A stretch of DNA of 64,000 nt, from contig OZ024757.1 of the NCBI GenBank assembly GCA_964016885.1, positions 28,148,001-28,212,000 of the forward strand. Reading direction: 5' to 3'. The notes beneath the pieces are model-generated. The model had not been told where the DNA came from and did no database searches. It saw nothing but the letters and a program-made list of their open reading frames with translations. The stretch comes from Eledone cirrhosa (lineage: Eukaryota). Shown piece by piece: positions 42,769-57,571 of the stretch. The position numbers were made by a program, and so were the translations under genes. Each line of letters opens with the position of its first letter. Within the stretch, counting starts at the first letter, position 1.

Positions 42769-45700
42769 CTAAACTGTTGCTGCAGTTTGATGCCTCTAGG
42801 GAAAATATGATGAAGGAAGGAGGGATTTCCAGTGGGTGGGGACGTTCTGTGGAAGAAGGACTGGGTGAAGTAGTTAGTGTGGTTGGACGTATGGGTAATG
42901 AGAGGAGAAGAGACGAGGAGGACTCAGTGCCAGATTAGGGACAAATGAAGCCCTGTGCTAGTTAAGTTATGAGGCTCCTTACTCGGGCCCTGAAGGAGGT
43001 AAAAAACTTTTCACAGGAAGATGGCCACCCACCCGACCAACAGGGCCCTGTGCTTAAGCACACCTAAGCACAATAGTAAATCTTTCTGAAATATACATTA
43101 TCTTTTTAAGGCCTGTATATCTAGCTCTTAGTAAATAGACATTAAAATATCTTTCATTTTTCACTCTGCCTTTCCTGCTTCTTTCCATTTATAACTAATA
43201 CTCTTTCTTATTTCCTCCATACTCCTCTCTAATAAATATTACGTTTTCATAAATGTTTACTTCATGGCAATATGAAACCGTTGAAAATGTATTAACTGAA
43301 GTTGATTTTCTTTATAATAATTCTTTCTTGAAATATGATATAATTTGGCTGTAATTTCTTTTCAAATGTTATTATTCATATTTCCAAAATAAAGGTTATC
43401 ACAAATTGAAGAGGCCCAACGTGTTTGTAAGTATTATGCCAGAGCACAGTGCTGTAATAATCAATCACCATACACAACATAATTTTATTTGGCTTCACAA
43501 TATTCGTTGATTTTCCAGTGATTTGGTATTTTCCAATCTAATATTTTTACTTGACTTCAAACCATATCGTCCCAATTAATGATTTACCTGTTGTTGACTC
43601 TTACCACAGGTAGAAAACAAAGAATCATCACAAATTATGGCTTCTATCTCTACTTCCACCACATAGAATTCATCTACCGTAGGTAAGTTAAATTTACAAT
43701 TTGTGTTATTAACCTTTTAGTTTTTATATACTAACACTTTAAATAATAAAATGTAGGATTGTATTGTATATGAAAAATTCTGAAAATATTCCTTAAACAC
43801 TTATGTCCGCTGCATCAGATTTGGTTTATCCTTTCGCGTAAAAAAAGAACAATAAAATATTATTATTGGAAATTAATTTTGGGTTAAATAATGAATTTAA
43901 AATATTAATTGTGTTAAATTCGCAAAAGAAATACAAAAAAAACAAAACAAAAAAAATCTGCTGTATAGAAAAATTAGTGACAGACAGTTCCAGCTTTGGC
44001 AGCCATGATTGCACCGTAGTTTCACTTTTCTACGAGAATCCTTTGGTAATATTTATTTTGATACATTAACTTGTCAACAGAAACTGATATTCATCAAGCA
44101 TTATTATGAATATCTTAGAGAATTAAAAAGAATTCATTATCTAGGTACTGGGTAATTTCTGGCCTTGTGCCAATAGTAGAAACAATTATCTCGAAGCAGA
44201 GTCGTCAATGTAAACAATTAAAACTCTATTCCGACTTCAAACCAATTCGTGCCAATTGATGACACGCCTTCTGTGTCACCACCACAGGTGAATACGGCAT
44301 GAAGACAAGGAACTAATTGGGACTAACTCTACCACATCAATTTTATCAACCACAGGTAAGTTAAATCGACAATTTACGTTATCAACTTCTTTAATTTTTA
44401 TATTCTGCAATGTTATATAACGATTTATTTAAAGGAAATTTCACATCTGCTCTGATCTTTGAAGCAGGTGCCATGGCCCAGTGCTTGGCATTCGCTGTAT
44501 TTGTAATGGCTATTTTAAACGTTTATCAGTGTTTTAAGTCTTTTAACCATCATTTATATGTAAGCGTATGTAGTATTTGACATCAAATGTAAACTTACTG
44601 CACAAGCAGCGATCAACTACACGTTAGAATAATCACTGTTGTGTAATTGCATAAAATATATATTTGTTTCAAATACTCAGAAACTGTATACACCATTTTT
44701 CTTTCGTATATATTTTTTATTGTGTATTATGATCAGTGTACATTTCTGAATATTATATATTACATTTTTCATTTCATTGTAAAATGTATAAACATCTGCT
44801 CTTTTCGTTATGACCGATGAAAAGAAAACAAACACTACGGTACATTTTTATTTTTGCATTTGTCTCCGAGACGGGTGTAATAGCAGACGTTTTTAATGTT
44901 TTGGTAGAGTTTTGAAGGTGAAATTTATGTTTATCCTATGATTTTTTTTTATCTTTTGAACGAACATGACCTTTGAAATTATCGTAAATTACTCGTTTTC
45001 TGTGATTCCTCCACCCAAGAATTCCTTTACACCCGTTTCAGTGACGGATTTACCTAATGGAGTTCTCGGATGGAGTATGATATATAATTTCTAATTACGT
45101 TTATGAAATAACAGATTTCGATTATTTACTAATATGAAAGTTTAATTGATAAATTTTTACTTAATTCGCCCCTCTCCGAGACGGGTTTAATAATTAAAAA
45201 ATTACTAACAGTTATAATGGATAACGTTAATTAAAAAATACATCAAATATTTAATCCAATTTCTATTTACTGATCTCCAAGAATATCTTTCTGATTAGTA
45301 TTTTTTTTGACAATCTTTACCATGGCATTCCTCACCAATGAATTCCCAAGAATTTGTTTTGATTCCCTAATTTCGTCACAAAATGTATCGCATATTCCAA
45401 GGAAAAACAACCTTCGGAATATCTCCAAAAATCCTACTGTATTGTTATTGTCCATAATTTCCAAATATTTTTTTTTACGTAAATTATAAATTGATAGGTA
45501 AATATTTATTATTCCACTCGTCTACGAGGCAGGTGCCATTTTTTTTTTTTTTTTTTTTTTTTATTATTAAAAGATTAGTGTTGAAAGATTTCTTTAGAAT
45601 TTTGAAGGTGAAATCTATGTTTTTTTCTTAAGATTTTTAGTCTCATTTGAACGAATTCGGCCTTTAAAACCGTCGTAAAATTACACTCCGTAACACCAGT

Positions 45701-48700
45701 GTAATAATAATAAAAATTACCAATTTGTTGTTTATATAAATAAAATTACGCATTATATATTATACTCTATGGTGTTTATAAGTAAGACATAACTACAATT
45801 TAATGACCCCTCCGCTCACATCGACTGATTCTTTACTCCCTTAATAATACATATTTTATTAGTGACATCTTGCAATGATACATCTTCGAATGCGTAGATT
45901 ACGATAATGTTGACATTGTTTATAAAAATTCAATTACACACACCACACATATATATATATAGTGGTAAGAAACTCCCAGGGGAAGTTGGACAGCAGAACC
46001 CCTTCAGAGAAGAAACCAGCCTCAAGCAAGAGTTTCGGCCCTTAACTTCTTACACTCTAGGGGGGGGGGGCTGCATCCAGGCCATGATCCGGGGCAGGGT
46101 CTAAGAGAGAAGGGGGCCAGCCGGTACTTTGTTCCGTAGACCAAGAGCTAAGAAGGTCCCACAGCAACCATGCAACATCCATTTTGAGAAAGATTTTTGC
46201 CTGCTTCGTGCACCAAAGGGCTCTTGTACCGCCATCAAAATTTCTCTTGGAGGCCCTACTCCTGAGTGCACTTCTGCTGATATTTAGCCATTTGGATATC
46301 GGGAACTTATGTATTTAAACCGTGGGGAGATTTTATTAAGATCTGCTTTCTTGAGTTTGGAAAAATAATGTTGGTAGTTATGGTAACGGTGAGACATCAA
46401 CAGTATCACCACCGCCGCCAAGTCTATAATTATGACATACTCAGAGTTATATATATATAATAGAATAATCGAGTATCGGAAAATCAGCTCACGAATTTAC
46501 GATAAACAAATCCGACATGAGTGGCAGAGGGCTCAATAATTCAGATAAATCAGAGCTATAACTATCGTTAAAATACCAACACACAAAGATTATGCCTAAA
46601 ATCACCCATGCAGCCGAAAAATAACGACCAGGAAGATTCGGGTCACTCAGATAAAATATCAATAAATCAATAATTTATATGAATGTAAAAACTTACCCGG
46701 ACCCACTAGAAAGGTGGTAAATCTAGCTTCTTGGGTTTCTGCTATTCCTTAATCCGCCCCCTATCAGCCCACATAAAAATATATAAGACTTCTATATATA
46801 TATATATATGTATACAATATTCATAATTGTATAAGATCTAACTTGGTTGTGATTGATATATTATTCATTATCAACGAAAGAAGATACGAAAAAAAAAAAG
46901 AGAAAAAAAGATCCTAGTTTAATATGAAAGGATTTAACGAACAGTTGAAAGTAATTATAATCGTAATCTACATCAGGGGAGGCGTATCCCTAGAAAATCT
47001 CATTAAAAGTATGAATTAATAAGAAAGTTGAAGGTTAAGTTATGAAGTTGATGTATGTATGTATATATATATATATAATATGTGTGTGTGTATATATATA
47101 TATATCATCATCATCATCATCATCGTTTAAAGTCCATCTTCCACGCTACCATGGGTTGGACGGGTTTGTCCCACTTAAGGTAAGATTAGTCGGGTGACCG
47201 TGTCTTGCTTGTACAGAACTGTTTCTGGCAGATTTTCTACGGCTGGATGCCCTTCCTAACACCAACCACATTTATAGTGTGGACTGGGAGCCTTTTGTTG
47301 TGTCACCTACAAGACCACTTTACAGTGGGAGGATGGAGTAGGGTGTGTGGGGTTGGGTGCATATTGGGCTAAGAGGTACCTACAGACTGTAGGTTTAAGT
47401 TCTTATGTATGGACTTATGTCCGATATGTCAAAACCCTCATTTACATGTCAGATGTAATTCCTTCTTCAGGAAAATGGATAGTTCCAAGAGAGAGAAAAG
47501 GTTGGAACAGCACTAATGGACTCTTGATGTCAATAATGACTGCTATAGTGTTGAACATATTTAAGTTTTGGAGTCCAGGATTACAGGATTTAATAATTCT
47601 GTCAGTAACCCCAATTACCTTGTTTATGCACTTCTCAGCTAGTTATATGCCTACTCCACCTACCTCATCACCATTTCCTATGTAAGCATGGCAAATAGAC
47701 ATTAAATGGTAATGGTATATATTAGTGTGTGTGTGTCCATGCTTGTTTTTATTGTTGACACTACTTACCTGATGTTTTGTAACTTAGTGGTTTGATTAAT
47801 AGAGATTGATAAAATAAATAACAGATTTATTTTGTACTGAGGTCATCAACCTCTGTATTAAAGGCTTGGAAGGCAGTGCTCCAGCATGGCCTCAGCCAAC
47901 TGACTGGAACCAGTAAAAGAAAAAAGCATTAAATAAATTATATTTTTTTTTATTGACAAGTTAAAATTTTAAAGGAAATCTAAATTTAAATAGTGATTCT
48001 TAAAAATAGAATTGAAAAATTAATTGGAGAAAGAGGATAGGTGAGGGGGAGAAAGATGGTTTGTGAAGATGTAACCTCACACTCCACCTCCACTCCATCC
48101 CTTCAAAGAAATAAACACATATACAGATTGAAAGAGATAAAGAGAGATGAAAGAAGGAGTGAATGAAGGATGGAGAGACAGATAGTTAGGTGGAGAAAGA
48201 GATGGTATGTGAGAGATAGAGGAAGGGAGAGACAAAGAGCGAGTGTGAGAAAGACTGGGAAACAGATAGACAAGCAGAGAAGAGCAGTGCAATGGAGAGT
48301 GAGAGGTGAAGGATAGAGTGAAAGGAGAAACAGAAAGAGAGAGAGAGTGAAAGAAAGAGACAGATACACCCAAAGAAAGAGAGAGAGAGAGAGAGAGAGA
48401 CACACACACAGAGAGAAGAAAGCCAGATAGACACAGAGATAACCAGAGGTGTCCATGAAAGAAATACTGAGAGTGGAGAGATAGATAGACAGAGGAGTCA
48501 GTGAAAGAAAGACAGAGAAGGAGTTAGTGAGAGATAGACATAGAGAGAGAAAGACTGATTATTTTTCTCTCTCCATATTTAAAATATTTACTTAATGGTG
48601 TTATTTTCCCTTAACAACAGTTATTTTACAATTTTAGGTTATAATTTTCTTTTTATACATTTTATCAAAATTTAATACGAAACAGCAGAAAGTTTATGAG

Positions 48701-48779
48701 ATCTGTCAATCCTTCCTCTTCTGTATGATTTTTTTCTGTTAACTTCTTCATCATTATAATAATCATCATGATCTTATGT

Positions 48780-48970
48780 CTTTCTTCTTGTCTTTTTCTT
48801 CTTCTTCTTCTTTGCCTTCTTTTTTGCCTTCTTCTTCTTCTTCTTCTTCTTCTTCTTTGCCTTCTTCTTCTTCTTCTTCTTTGCCTTCTTCTTCTTCTTC
48901 TTCTTCTTTGCCTTCTTCTTCTTCTTCTTCTTCTTCTTTGCCTTCTTCTTCTTCTTTTTCTTCTTCTTCA
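48780..48970. repeat. Compound (TTC)n microsatellite with periodic TTTGCC interruptions
   Basis: Directly visible. It produces the spurious poly-E/K/S/L ORFs. Confidence 0.9.
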
Positions 48971-50772
48971 ACACCAGCAACAACAACAACACTGCTAACA
49001 GCGTCAATAACAATAAAGCAAACAAAGTAAAAGATAAGATAATATTTTATGCAAAACCCATGGTGGGATGATTTCTCTTCTGCCTCTCTTCTCTTTTCTC
49101 TTATCCCGTCACTGCTCTTCTCTCTACTCCCAATATCACCCACTGCACTCCGTGAAAGAGCCACCCTTGCCCCCTCTACTACTTCCTCCACCATCACTAC
49201 CAAGAAAAAAACAACACCCCTCCACACAAATAATAATAAAAAGCAGTAAAAGAAAATGAAAGAGATAATGAAGGCAGTAGGAGGGAGAAGTTACTGAAGT
49301 TATCTCCCCCTGGTTAGGGAGTTTTCTATTGCTGAAAATAAAAATGTCACACAACATCACAAGAAATAGAAATTAAAGAAAAGAGGATTCTTAGCTTCTT
49401 TGACTTTTTGTTTTGTTATTTATATTGTATTTTTAATTTTATTTTTTTGGAATTATTATTATTGAGGAAGGTGGTATGGTAGGTAGGTTGGTTTTTGGGA
49501 GGTCATTATTGTTTGTTTTGGTTGTTGTTCTTGTTGGTGTTTGTGGCAATTTTGGTTTTCTAATTTCCTGTACTCCACAGGAAGTATCTTTTGAGTTATA
49601 AATAATCAGGTTTGAAGAAGAAAAAAATAAAGAAAAAGTAAGAAAGATATTATTAATCATATACTATTATAATAATTGTTGTTGTTATAATCATCATTAT
49701 TAGTGTTGTTGTTGTTTGCAAACATCTGTGAGCACAACCAACCACCAACAACATTAACAACACCAATGGCAGCATTAGCATCAGCAGTAATAATAGTTGT
49801 AGCAGCAATAGCAACAGCAGTAACACTACTACTGCTACTGCTACAACTAATAATGATAATAATAGTAATAATAATAATAATAATAATAGTAGTAGTAGTA
49901 TTAGTAACTAAAACACACACAAAAAAAACCAGTAAAAAGGCAAACAAGCTCCTCAGATTGGATAGCGTTAGAAAAATTTCTAAGTAATAAATTTCAAAAA
50001 TTTTACCGATATTTTTCCAAAGCAATTCCTTGTGTGTCTGTGTAATTTTTCATTTTCAGAAGGAAAAAATAGAACATCTATAACAATAACACACACAAAA
50101 AAACAAAAAACATTTCAGAAGAATGGAATTTCAGATCCTTCTTTCCTTGCTGGTTCTTCTTATATTACTTGTTTGTTTATTATATATTTATTTATTTTTT
50201 AATTGGATTTTTTCGTTAATAATTTAATTTCAAGAAAAAAAACAAGAAAACAAAATCTTAAGCAAAAAAACAAAGCAAACTGAAATGAACACAAGAAGAA
50301 AAATATTTTGTGTGTATATATATATATATATATAATTATATGCGTGTATATCTATATATATATATGTGTGTGTATATATAAATATATATATTATATATAT
50401 ATATGATATATATATATATGTGTGAAGATATATACTTGTGTGAGCTTGTGCATGTATATCTAAAGGTAATCTTTTTGTTGCGTGGTAGGTGCAATTGATT
50501 GAGAATGTGTCAATGCATCCATGAATTAATTCATGTCCACACACACTCACACACACACACACATATATATATTGTAATGGTATCTTAACTTATTGATATT
50601 TATAAAAATGTCACAATGTATGCTCAATATTGCAACAATATTGTCACACTTGAGCTATGTATGTTTGTATATATGTATGTGTGCTGGACCTCCATTGTTT
50701 TGACGATGAGTACTCCAGTTGTTCAAACAACAAAATGTGCAATTGGCTGAGCATTCCATAGACATGTGTGTT

Positions 50773-51312
50773 CATCATCATCATCATCATTGTTTAACGT
50801 CCATATTCCACGCTTGCATGGGTTTGGACGGAGGTTTTCCCACTTGAGGCAAGAGTGGTTGTCTTGCTCGCATAGGACTGTCTGGCGGGTTTTCTACGGC
50901 TGGATGCCCTTCCTAACACCAACCACATTTACAGTGTGGAACTGGGAGGTTTTTACCGTGTTACCTACACAGCCACATTACAGCGTGGACTGTGTGTTTT
51001 TTTGTCGTGACACCTACACGACCTCATTTGTTTCGGGCTGGATGTTGTGACACCAACATAACTTTACATTGAAGGGGTGGTGTGGATGGGGTGGGGGTAG
51101 TGGGACGTGTCTATACATATAATATATTTAAAAGGCTCCCAGTCCACACTGTAAATGTGGTTGTTGTTAGGAAGGGCATCCAGCAGTAGAAAATCTGCCA
51201 GAGACACTTCTGTACGAGCGAGACGGTCTCCAAACCGATCCCGCATCAAATGGAACAAAACCGTTTAACCCATGCTAGCGTGGAAGATGGACATTAAACG
51301 ATGATGATGATA
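50773..51312. mobile_element. Inverted pair of SINE/RTE-tail elements
   Basis: 50773-50950 (catcatc...ggatgcccttcctaacaccaaccacatttacagtgtggaactgggag) is approximately reverse complementary to 51135-51312. Another copy is at 47105-47330. Confidence 0.75.
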
Positions 51313-51719
51313 TATACACACACAGACATACATACAGACATATACTCACACACATATATAAGTATATCTAGCCAATATCATCTGACCTCCTTCACTACTT
51401 GCTACTTTTTAACTGTAAGGATTTCAGTTGCTAATTGTTAATATTTACTACCTTCTGGATGCTATTTGGGGGCTCAGGATATGCTACATTTGTGCACCTT
51501 TCCCAGGATAGGTCATGAACCCATTGGCAGTTTTTATGGCATTACATGGAAACTGCAATATATTTTTCAAATAGGACCCTCTCCTTAAGGTCTAAACATG
51601 TCCCTTGTTACCTCAGGCAAAGGAGGATACAATATGATTGCTTTTATTGAATTTGACCATACTGCAATTTTTGGTGGTTTTGTTCATGCCATTTCCCCAA
51701 AGTTCCATGGCTCTGGTAC

Positions 51720-53490
51720 TGTAGATTTGAACCATGAATGAAAACTCTAGTATTTAGGTGTGGTACCAGAAAAGACTGCATAAGCAGGTGTAGGGATACT
51801 CACAAGTCCTCAGATGTTGGAATGTGTTACGGAATGGATCCCATTGGGAGGGAGGATTTGCCTTTTAAACTCAGACTGAAAAAAAGGTGGAAGCTTATGT
51901 GGCAAACAGAGAAGTCTGAATACAGATCCTTCTTTGATGAATTCATTGCAGTATTAGATATAGTGAAGACTGAGTCATATATCCTAATGGAAGACTTTGT
52001 TACACATTTTTACACTGACCACCTGACATGGAAAGGAGTGATTGGATCCTGATCTAAATGCGAATGTAGGGGCCTTATTAAACATCTGTTCTAGCAATGG
52101 GCTCTCTATTATGAACACCCTTTTCCAGCACAAAGATATCCATATCCATAAGGGAAATTGGAGACAAAGGTCAGTAATTGATTTTGTTATTGTCTCTAAT
52201 CTCTTTGATTCTCTTCTGGATGTTTGTGTTAAGAGAGAGGTTGAGCTTTCAACTGATCACCATCTAGTTACCTGCAACCTGAGACTTCCTAAAGTCAAGA
52301 AAACCCACAAAACTGCCAGGTTCAGCTTGACCTACAGGATAAAGTGAGAAATGTTGGCTGATGAGTGTGGTTTTTGTTCTGAGCATAGCAGTGTCATAAA
52401 AAAATCATAGGATTATTGCCAAGAGGTGTATGCCTATTTCATAGACCCCCAAAATGCATATGACTATGTTCCATGAAACTTGTGGAAGGTTCTGCAGGAG
52501 TATAGGATCAATGGGCAGCTTGTTACCTTGACATCCCTATTCAAATTCCCTAGCATTTGTGTTAGGATAAATGGTACTACGTTAGAAATATTCAACATAG
52601 GTGTTGGACTTTGCTAAGGTTATTTACTACCACCTCTCCTGCTCATAATTTTCATGAACAGGATTGACATGGGCAGCTAGTTTGGAAGTGTTATCAAGAC
52701 TGGTTGGTGTAGGTTTAGTCAGCTGGAATTTACAGACGACATGATACTGCTTAACTCGTTGGAAAGTGATCTCTAACAATCACTGGATAGGTTTGCTGCC
52801 AAGTGTTGCTTGGCAGGAATGAAAACTAGTGCTGTGAAGACCGAGACACCCATCATCTCAAGAAAGCCTACACAGTGCACTCTGCATGTCAGTGGAGCTT
52901 CAATGAAGCAGGTGGAGAAGTTCAAGTATCTCATGGCTGTTTTACAACTGATGGAAAATAGGAAGCTGAATTAAATGCAAGAATTGCAGGAGCTGGTGCA
53001 GTAATGTGCCCACTTCAGCACTTGCTCATCAGAAAAAAGGAAGTAGATATAAAAGCGAGACTTACTATCTTCAATTCAGTGTTTTTGCTTTCCTTATTGA
53101 TGCTCATGAATCTTGGACAATGACCAAAAGAATGCGATTGCAAATACAAGCAGCCAAAATTGGGTTCCTCCGAAGGGTCTTTGGAATAACGTTACTCGAT
53201 ATGATGTGTAGCTTAGAGTTTAGAGAGTTGCATTATGTAGAGCTGCTGCTTCTCTGAATCAGCACAAAAGACATGTAGTTAAAATGTTTAAGGAAAGAAT
53301 CGCTGGATAGATTTTATAGGCAAAGTCAACCTCCATGATCTTAGTTGGTCTTGCTTGGGGATGCAGCCAGATCAGCTGGAGACAGATGCTTTTGATAGGG
53401 CCCTCTGGAAGGTGTGTTGGAATAGACTGCCTCCATGACCCTCCAAGGAACAAGTGGGCAAAGAAAAAAGAAGAGTGGAACTGAAGTAAC
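51720..53490 (+). mobile_element. Decayed RTE-clade LINE (Rex3/Expander-like) with APE endonuclease and reverse transcriptase remnants
   Basis: Fragments SVIDFVIVS..LDVCVKREVELSTDHHLV (APE), FIDPQNAYDYVP, LEFTDDMILL (YADD-equivalent), QVEKFKYL and HESWTMTKRMRLQIQAAKIGFLRRV. Many stops and frameshifts, plus an internal deletion near 52400. Confidence 0.88.
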
Positions 53491-54545
53491 GTGAAATAAA
53501 ATGTCTTGCTGGAAGACACAACATGCTGCCTGGAATTTAGCTCGTGATAATCTGATCATGAGCCAAGAACTGTAACCCCTAAGCCATATAGCACTGCAAC
53601 AACCATACAACAAGGTGGTGTTTATTACTAATTTAAATAAGTTCTATATTTTCCACCTGTAAAAGTGGAGTCAATTAGCTTCTGAAATTAATCATTGAGA
53701 TGTCATCGCATTTTTTCTTTGTTTTGTTTTTATAACATAATAAGTAAATGATAGCATCATTGATTACATGTTTCCAATGGAGCAATCACTGGTTCATTGC
53801 ATTTCTGATAGACCACACTGACTAGAGATGGCTGAACAATTTTTATATCAAACCACCTGAAACCGCCCCTTGTTCTATCATATTAAACTCATCATAATCA
53901 TCATCATTTAATATCCATTTTCCCTGTGTGGTCGTCACAGATTAAGTCACTAATTAATTGGAGCCTCTGGCCTCTCATATACACCAGGGGCCTGCATCTT
54001 GCTTACATATGGGCCATCACAGAGTAAGTCAGTAATTACTTGGAACCCCAGACCTCTCAGACCAGCTGGGGCCACATCTCACTCACATATTTTCCCACAT
54101 CCTACAAAGTGTACTTAGTGCATATTATTGTGTCACCAATACCAGAAAGATTGGATGCCTTTGACACAACTGAAGAGTCCTCTCAACCCTTTTTTGGCAT
54201 GGTTACTACAGATAGGTGCCCTTCCTGTCATCAATCACCTTACAGGGTGTAATAGGTGCATTTTTTTTATTTTGTGGCTCCAGCACTAGAGAGGTTATCT
54301 GTCTGTCTGTATGTCTCTTTTTCTAAGGAGCCAACCTCACAAACATCCATCCAAACAGATACAGACCTGATTCAAATAGATATTTAAAATATATCAAGAA
54401 GCTAAATTGAGTTTATTAATATAAAAAATTGGGGAAAAAAATTATGTAAATGGTAATATTTTTTATATATATATGTATATATACACAATTTAAATTTACA
54501 AAATCTTTTAGATTGATGTTTTACGATCAAGATGCCGTTGAATAA

Positions 54546-54595
<50 letters not shown>

Positions 54596-55439
54596 ACAAT
54601 TGTCGGTGTGTTATGTGTTATAGAGTTTTTAGCAAGTGTTCACAGCTTGACTTCGATTATTTTTCATTGCCTACAGACAAAATTTGTGATTAACTAAACT
54701 GTAGATGGTTGTGTATATATTTGAATATGACCATATATATACATGTATGTGTGTATGTATATATAGATATATATACACAGATATATATATATGTATACAT
54801 ATATAAAAAACAAACATGAAGAATTAAGTCATATAAATGTATTTGATAGGGATATTGTATCTTATTTAATATCCCATGTATGTACTGTATGTACAAAAAC
54901 ACTGCATATGCATATGTGTGCACGTATGCATACACATATACAAAAGTATACTCCTATTTTATTGGTATGCACCATCTTGTTTATATGTGCACACATTCAT
55001 ATACACACATATATACAAGCATGGAAAAACGAACCTGAAAAGGATAATGGTATGTATATATGTATATATATATATATACTCTCACACACGTGTGTTTCTA
55101 TATTTTTCTATTTGTTCCTTGATTTAAAGAATGGATACAACAGTAAAAAGAAAAGTAAAGATAACAAATATAACAATTAATCAAACAAACGAGAATATTT
55201 TAATGAAAAAAAATGTAACATCTAATAGAAAATTGATATGTAAATTATTAACTACAGAGATGAACATATATATATGTATGTGTATATATAAATGTATGTA
55301 TATATATATATATATAAATATATATATGTAAATGTATGTATATATATATATATAAAGGCATGCATATGTATATATGTGTATGCATATGTACATCTATATG
55401 AAAGTATATATCTATATACATATGTAGACATACATACAA

Positions 55440-55481
<42 letters not shown>

Positions 55482-56296
55482 GTACACATACAGGTATATA
55501 CACTCATGTATGTACACACATAAATATACATCCATAGACAAAAAAAATAAACGAATATGAAAGCTAAAGAAAGGCACATGTATGAAATGTTCCTATCTTT
55601 CACCTGTTTCTGCCAGGTGTGTGTATATGTGTGCTTCTGTATGTATATATATATATATATATGCATATGTTTGTATATACATATGTGTATAAATGTGTGT
55701 TTGTATATATGCATTATAAATATATCCCTTTGTATATGTGGGCTTGTGTATGTATGCATATATATATATATATATATGTGTGTAATGTGGACACGTGTAT
55801 ATTCTACAGAAACAAAAAGCCAGGAATTGTATATCTAGGTCATATCTCTTTTTTGGAATAGAATATCTTGGATTGTAATGTTTGCATGGCCTGGAGGGTG
55901 ATGTGGTGGTGTAGTGATGGTGTTGTGGTAGTGGTGTTGGTAAGATTGGTTGGTGGGGTGTAGTGATGATGATGTAGGTAAAGGGATATTGGTATAGTGG
56001 TTTTAAATTCTTCAATAAAATATAACTATATTTTGACCTTATATTGTTATATGAACAAAATTTAATGTGGCTAACTCAGGCTTATAATATTTAGTCCAGT
56101 GAAATAAAGAAACCATATAATCAAAAGTAACTATGAGTGAACAAGTTTGAAAAACCCTGGTTTAAATTACAATTTCCACACTTTCTTACTACCAATCAAC
56201 TATATAGTAACCATATTCAGGCCTGATGAAATGTTCTTCAGAAACAGCATTAAAATCTGTTTCTTGCATGAAACCAACTGGTAACCTTAATGTCAT

Positions 56297-56470
56297 TGGA
56301 TTGGCAGTATCGGTCGAGGGTCGGATGCCATGCTTTGACGCATTGAGTTACGGCCCTTGCCATTCTGAGTTCAAATCCCGCCGAGGTTAACTTTGCCTTT
56401 CATCCTTACGGGGTCGATAAAATAAAGTACCAATTATGCACTGGGGTTGTGCCAAAAGTAGAAACAATTA
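56297..56470 (+). mobile_element. SINE family A copy abutting a piggyBac-like MITE
   Basis: Near-identical to 12958-13146. Confidence 0.8.
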
Positions 56471-57535
56471 TTAACCCTTTAGCATTTAAATCAGCCTTAT
56501 CCAGCCAGAATTCTCTCACCTCTTTCTGTTCAATCCGCCCATAACTGGCTGCTCACACTTATGTCGATATTATGTGAAATAAATTACGTGAAATATCAAA
56601 ATTTTGTAGATTCAATATTATGTAAGATAATTTAAATAAAGTGTTTACCATGAAAATACAATAGTAAATATAGAGTAATGTGAATGCTAAAGAGTGAAGT
56701 AAGTGTATTGCAGTACATGTTGTAAAGTGGTTGGTATTAGAAAGCTTGCCAAAACAAGGAGTTAGGAGAACCCTTTAGTTTGCATCAAAAGACATGACAA
56801 CTTCTCTGTACTAGACAAACCATTAAACATATATAAAAATGAAAATAGAGAGAGTAAACTAGACAAACCATTAATCACCACCACTGGTTCCATCACAACA
56901 ACTACCACTAATAGATCTATCAGCACCACTCATTAACAGCTGCTGTTGCTATCATCTCTGTTACTATTACCACCACCACCACCACACATCTGAGAACTGA
57001 ATCACTTTGCCATCCACATATGCTGTGGTCATCTGACACTGACCAGCACCCCACCTGCCTGCCTTGAACTACCCACAACATAACACTTAATACTGACCAG
57101 CTGACTATCCAGCCCAATGTGCCCCCCCCCCCCCACTCACTCCTGCTCCTTATAATTTCCAACCATATTGACCAGGTATTCTGCAGAGTTTGGTGTATAT
57201 GTATACATGAACAACCAACGCATATATATACATACATATATATATATGTGTGTGTGTGTATGTATATACATATATGTATGTATATGTGTGTATGTGTATG
57301 TATATAGATATATGTATGTATGTGTGTGTGTATGGTATATATATATGTATAATTATATACATATGTATATATGTGTGTGCGTGTGTGTATATATATATAT
57401 ATAAACCATACACACACACACATACATATATGTATATACATACATACACATACATATATATGTATCTATGTATGTGCGTGTGTGTACATATAAATATGCA
57501 GTAATAATAATAATAACAACAACAACAACTACTAC

Positions 57536-57571
<36 letters not shown>

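Noticed and set aside
46455-46795. Island between (TA)n tracts with an aaaacttacc motif suggestive of a DIRS-type terminus or a minus-strand splice donor
   Set aside because: No partner terminus, ORF or second copy was found in the window to support a call.
48766-49259. Poly-E, poly-K, poly-S and poly-L ORFs
   Set aside because: All come from a compound (TTC)n microsatellite read in different frames.
56223-56250. CTGATGA...GAAAC hammerhead-like core
   Set aside because: Stem II is at most 2 bp and stems I and III cannot be formed convincingly. At best it is a decayed remnant.
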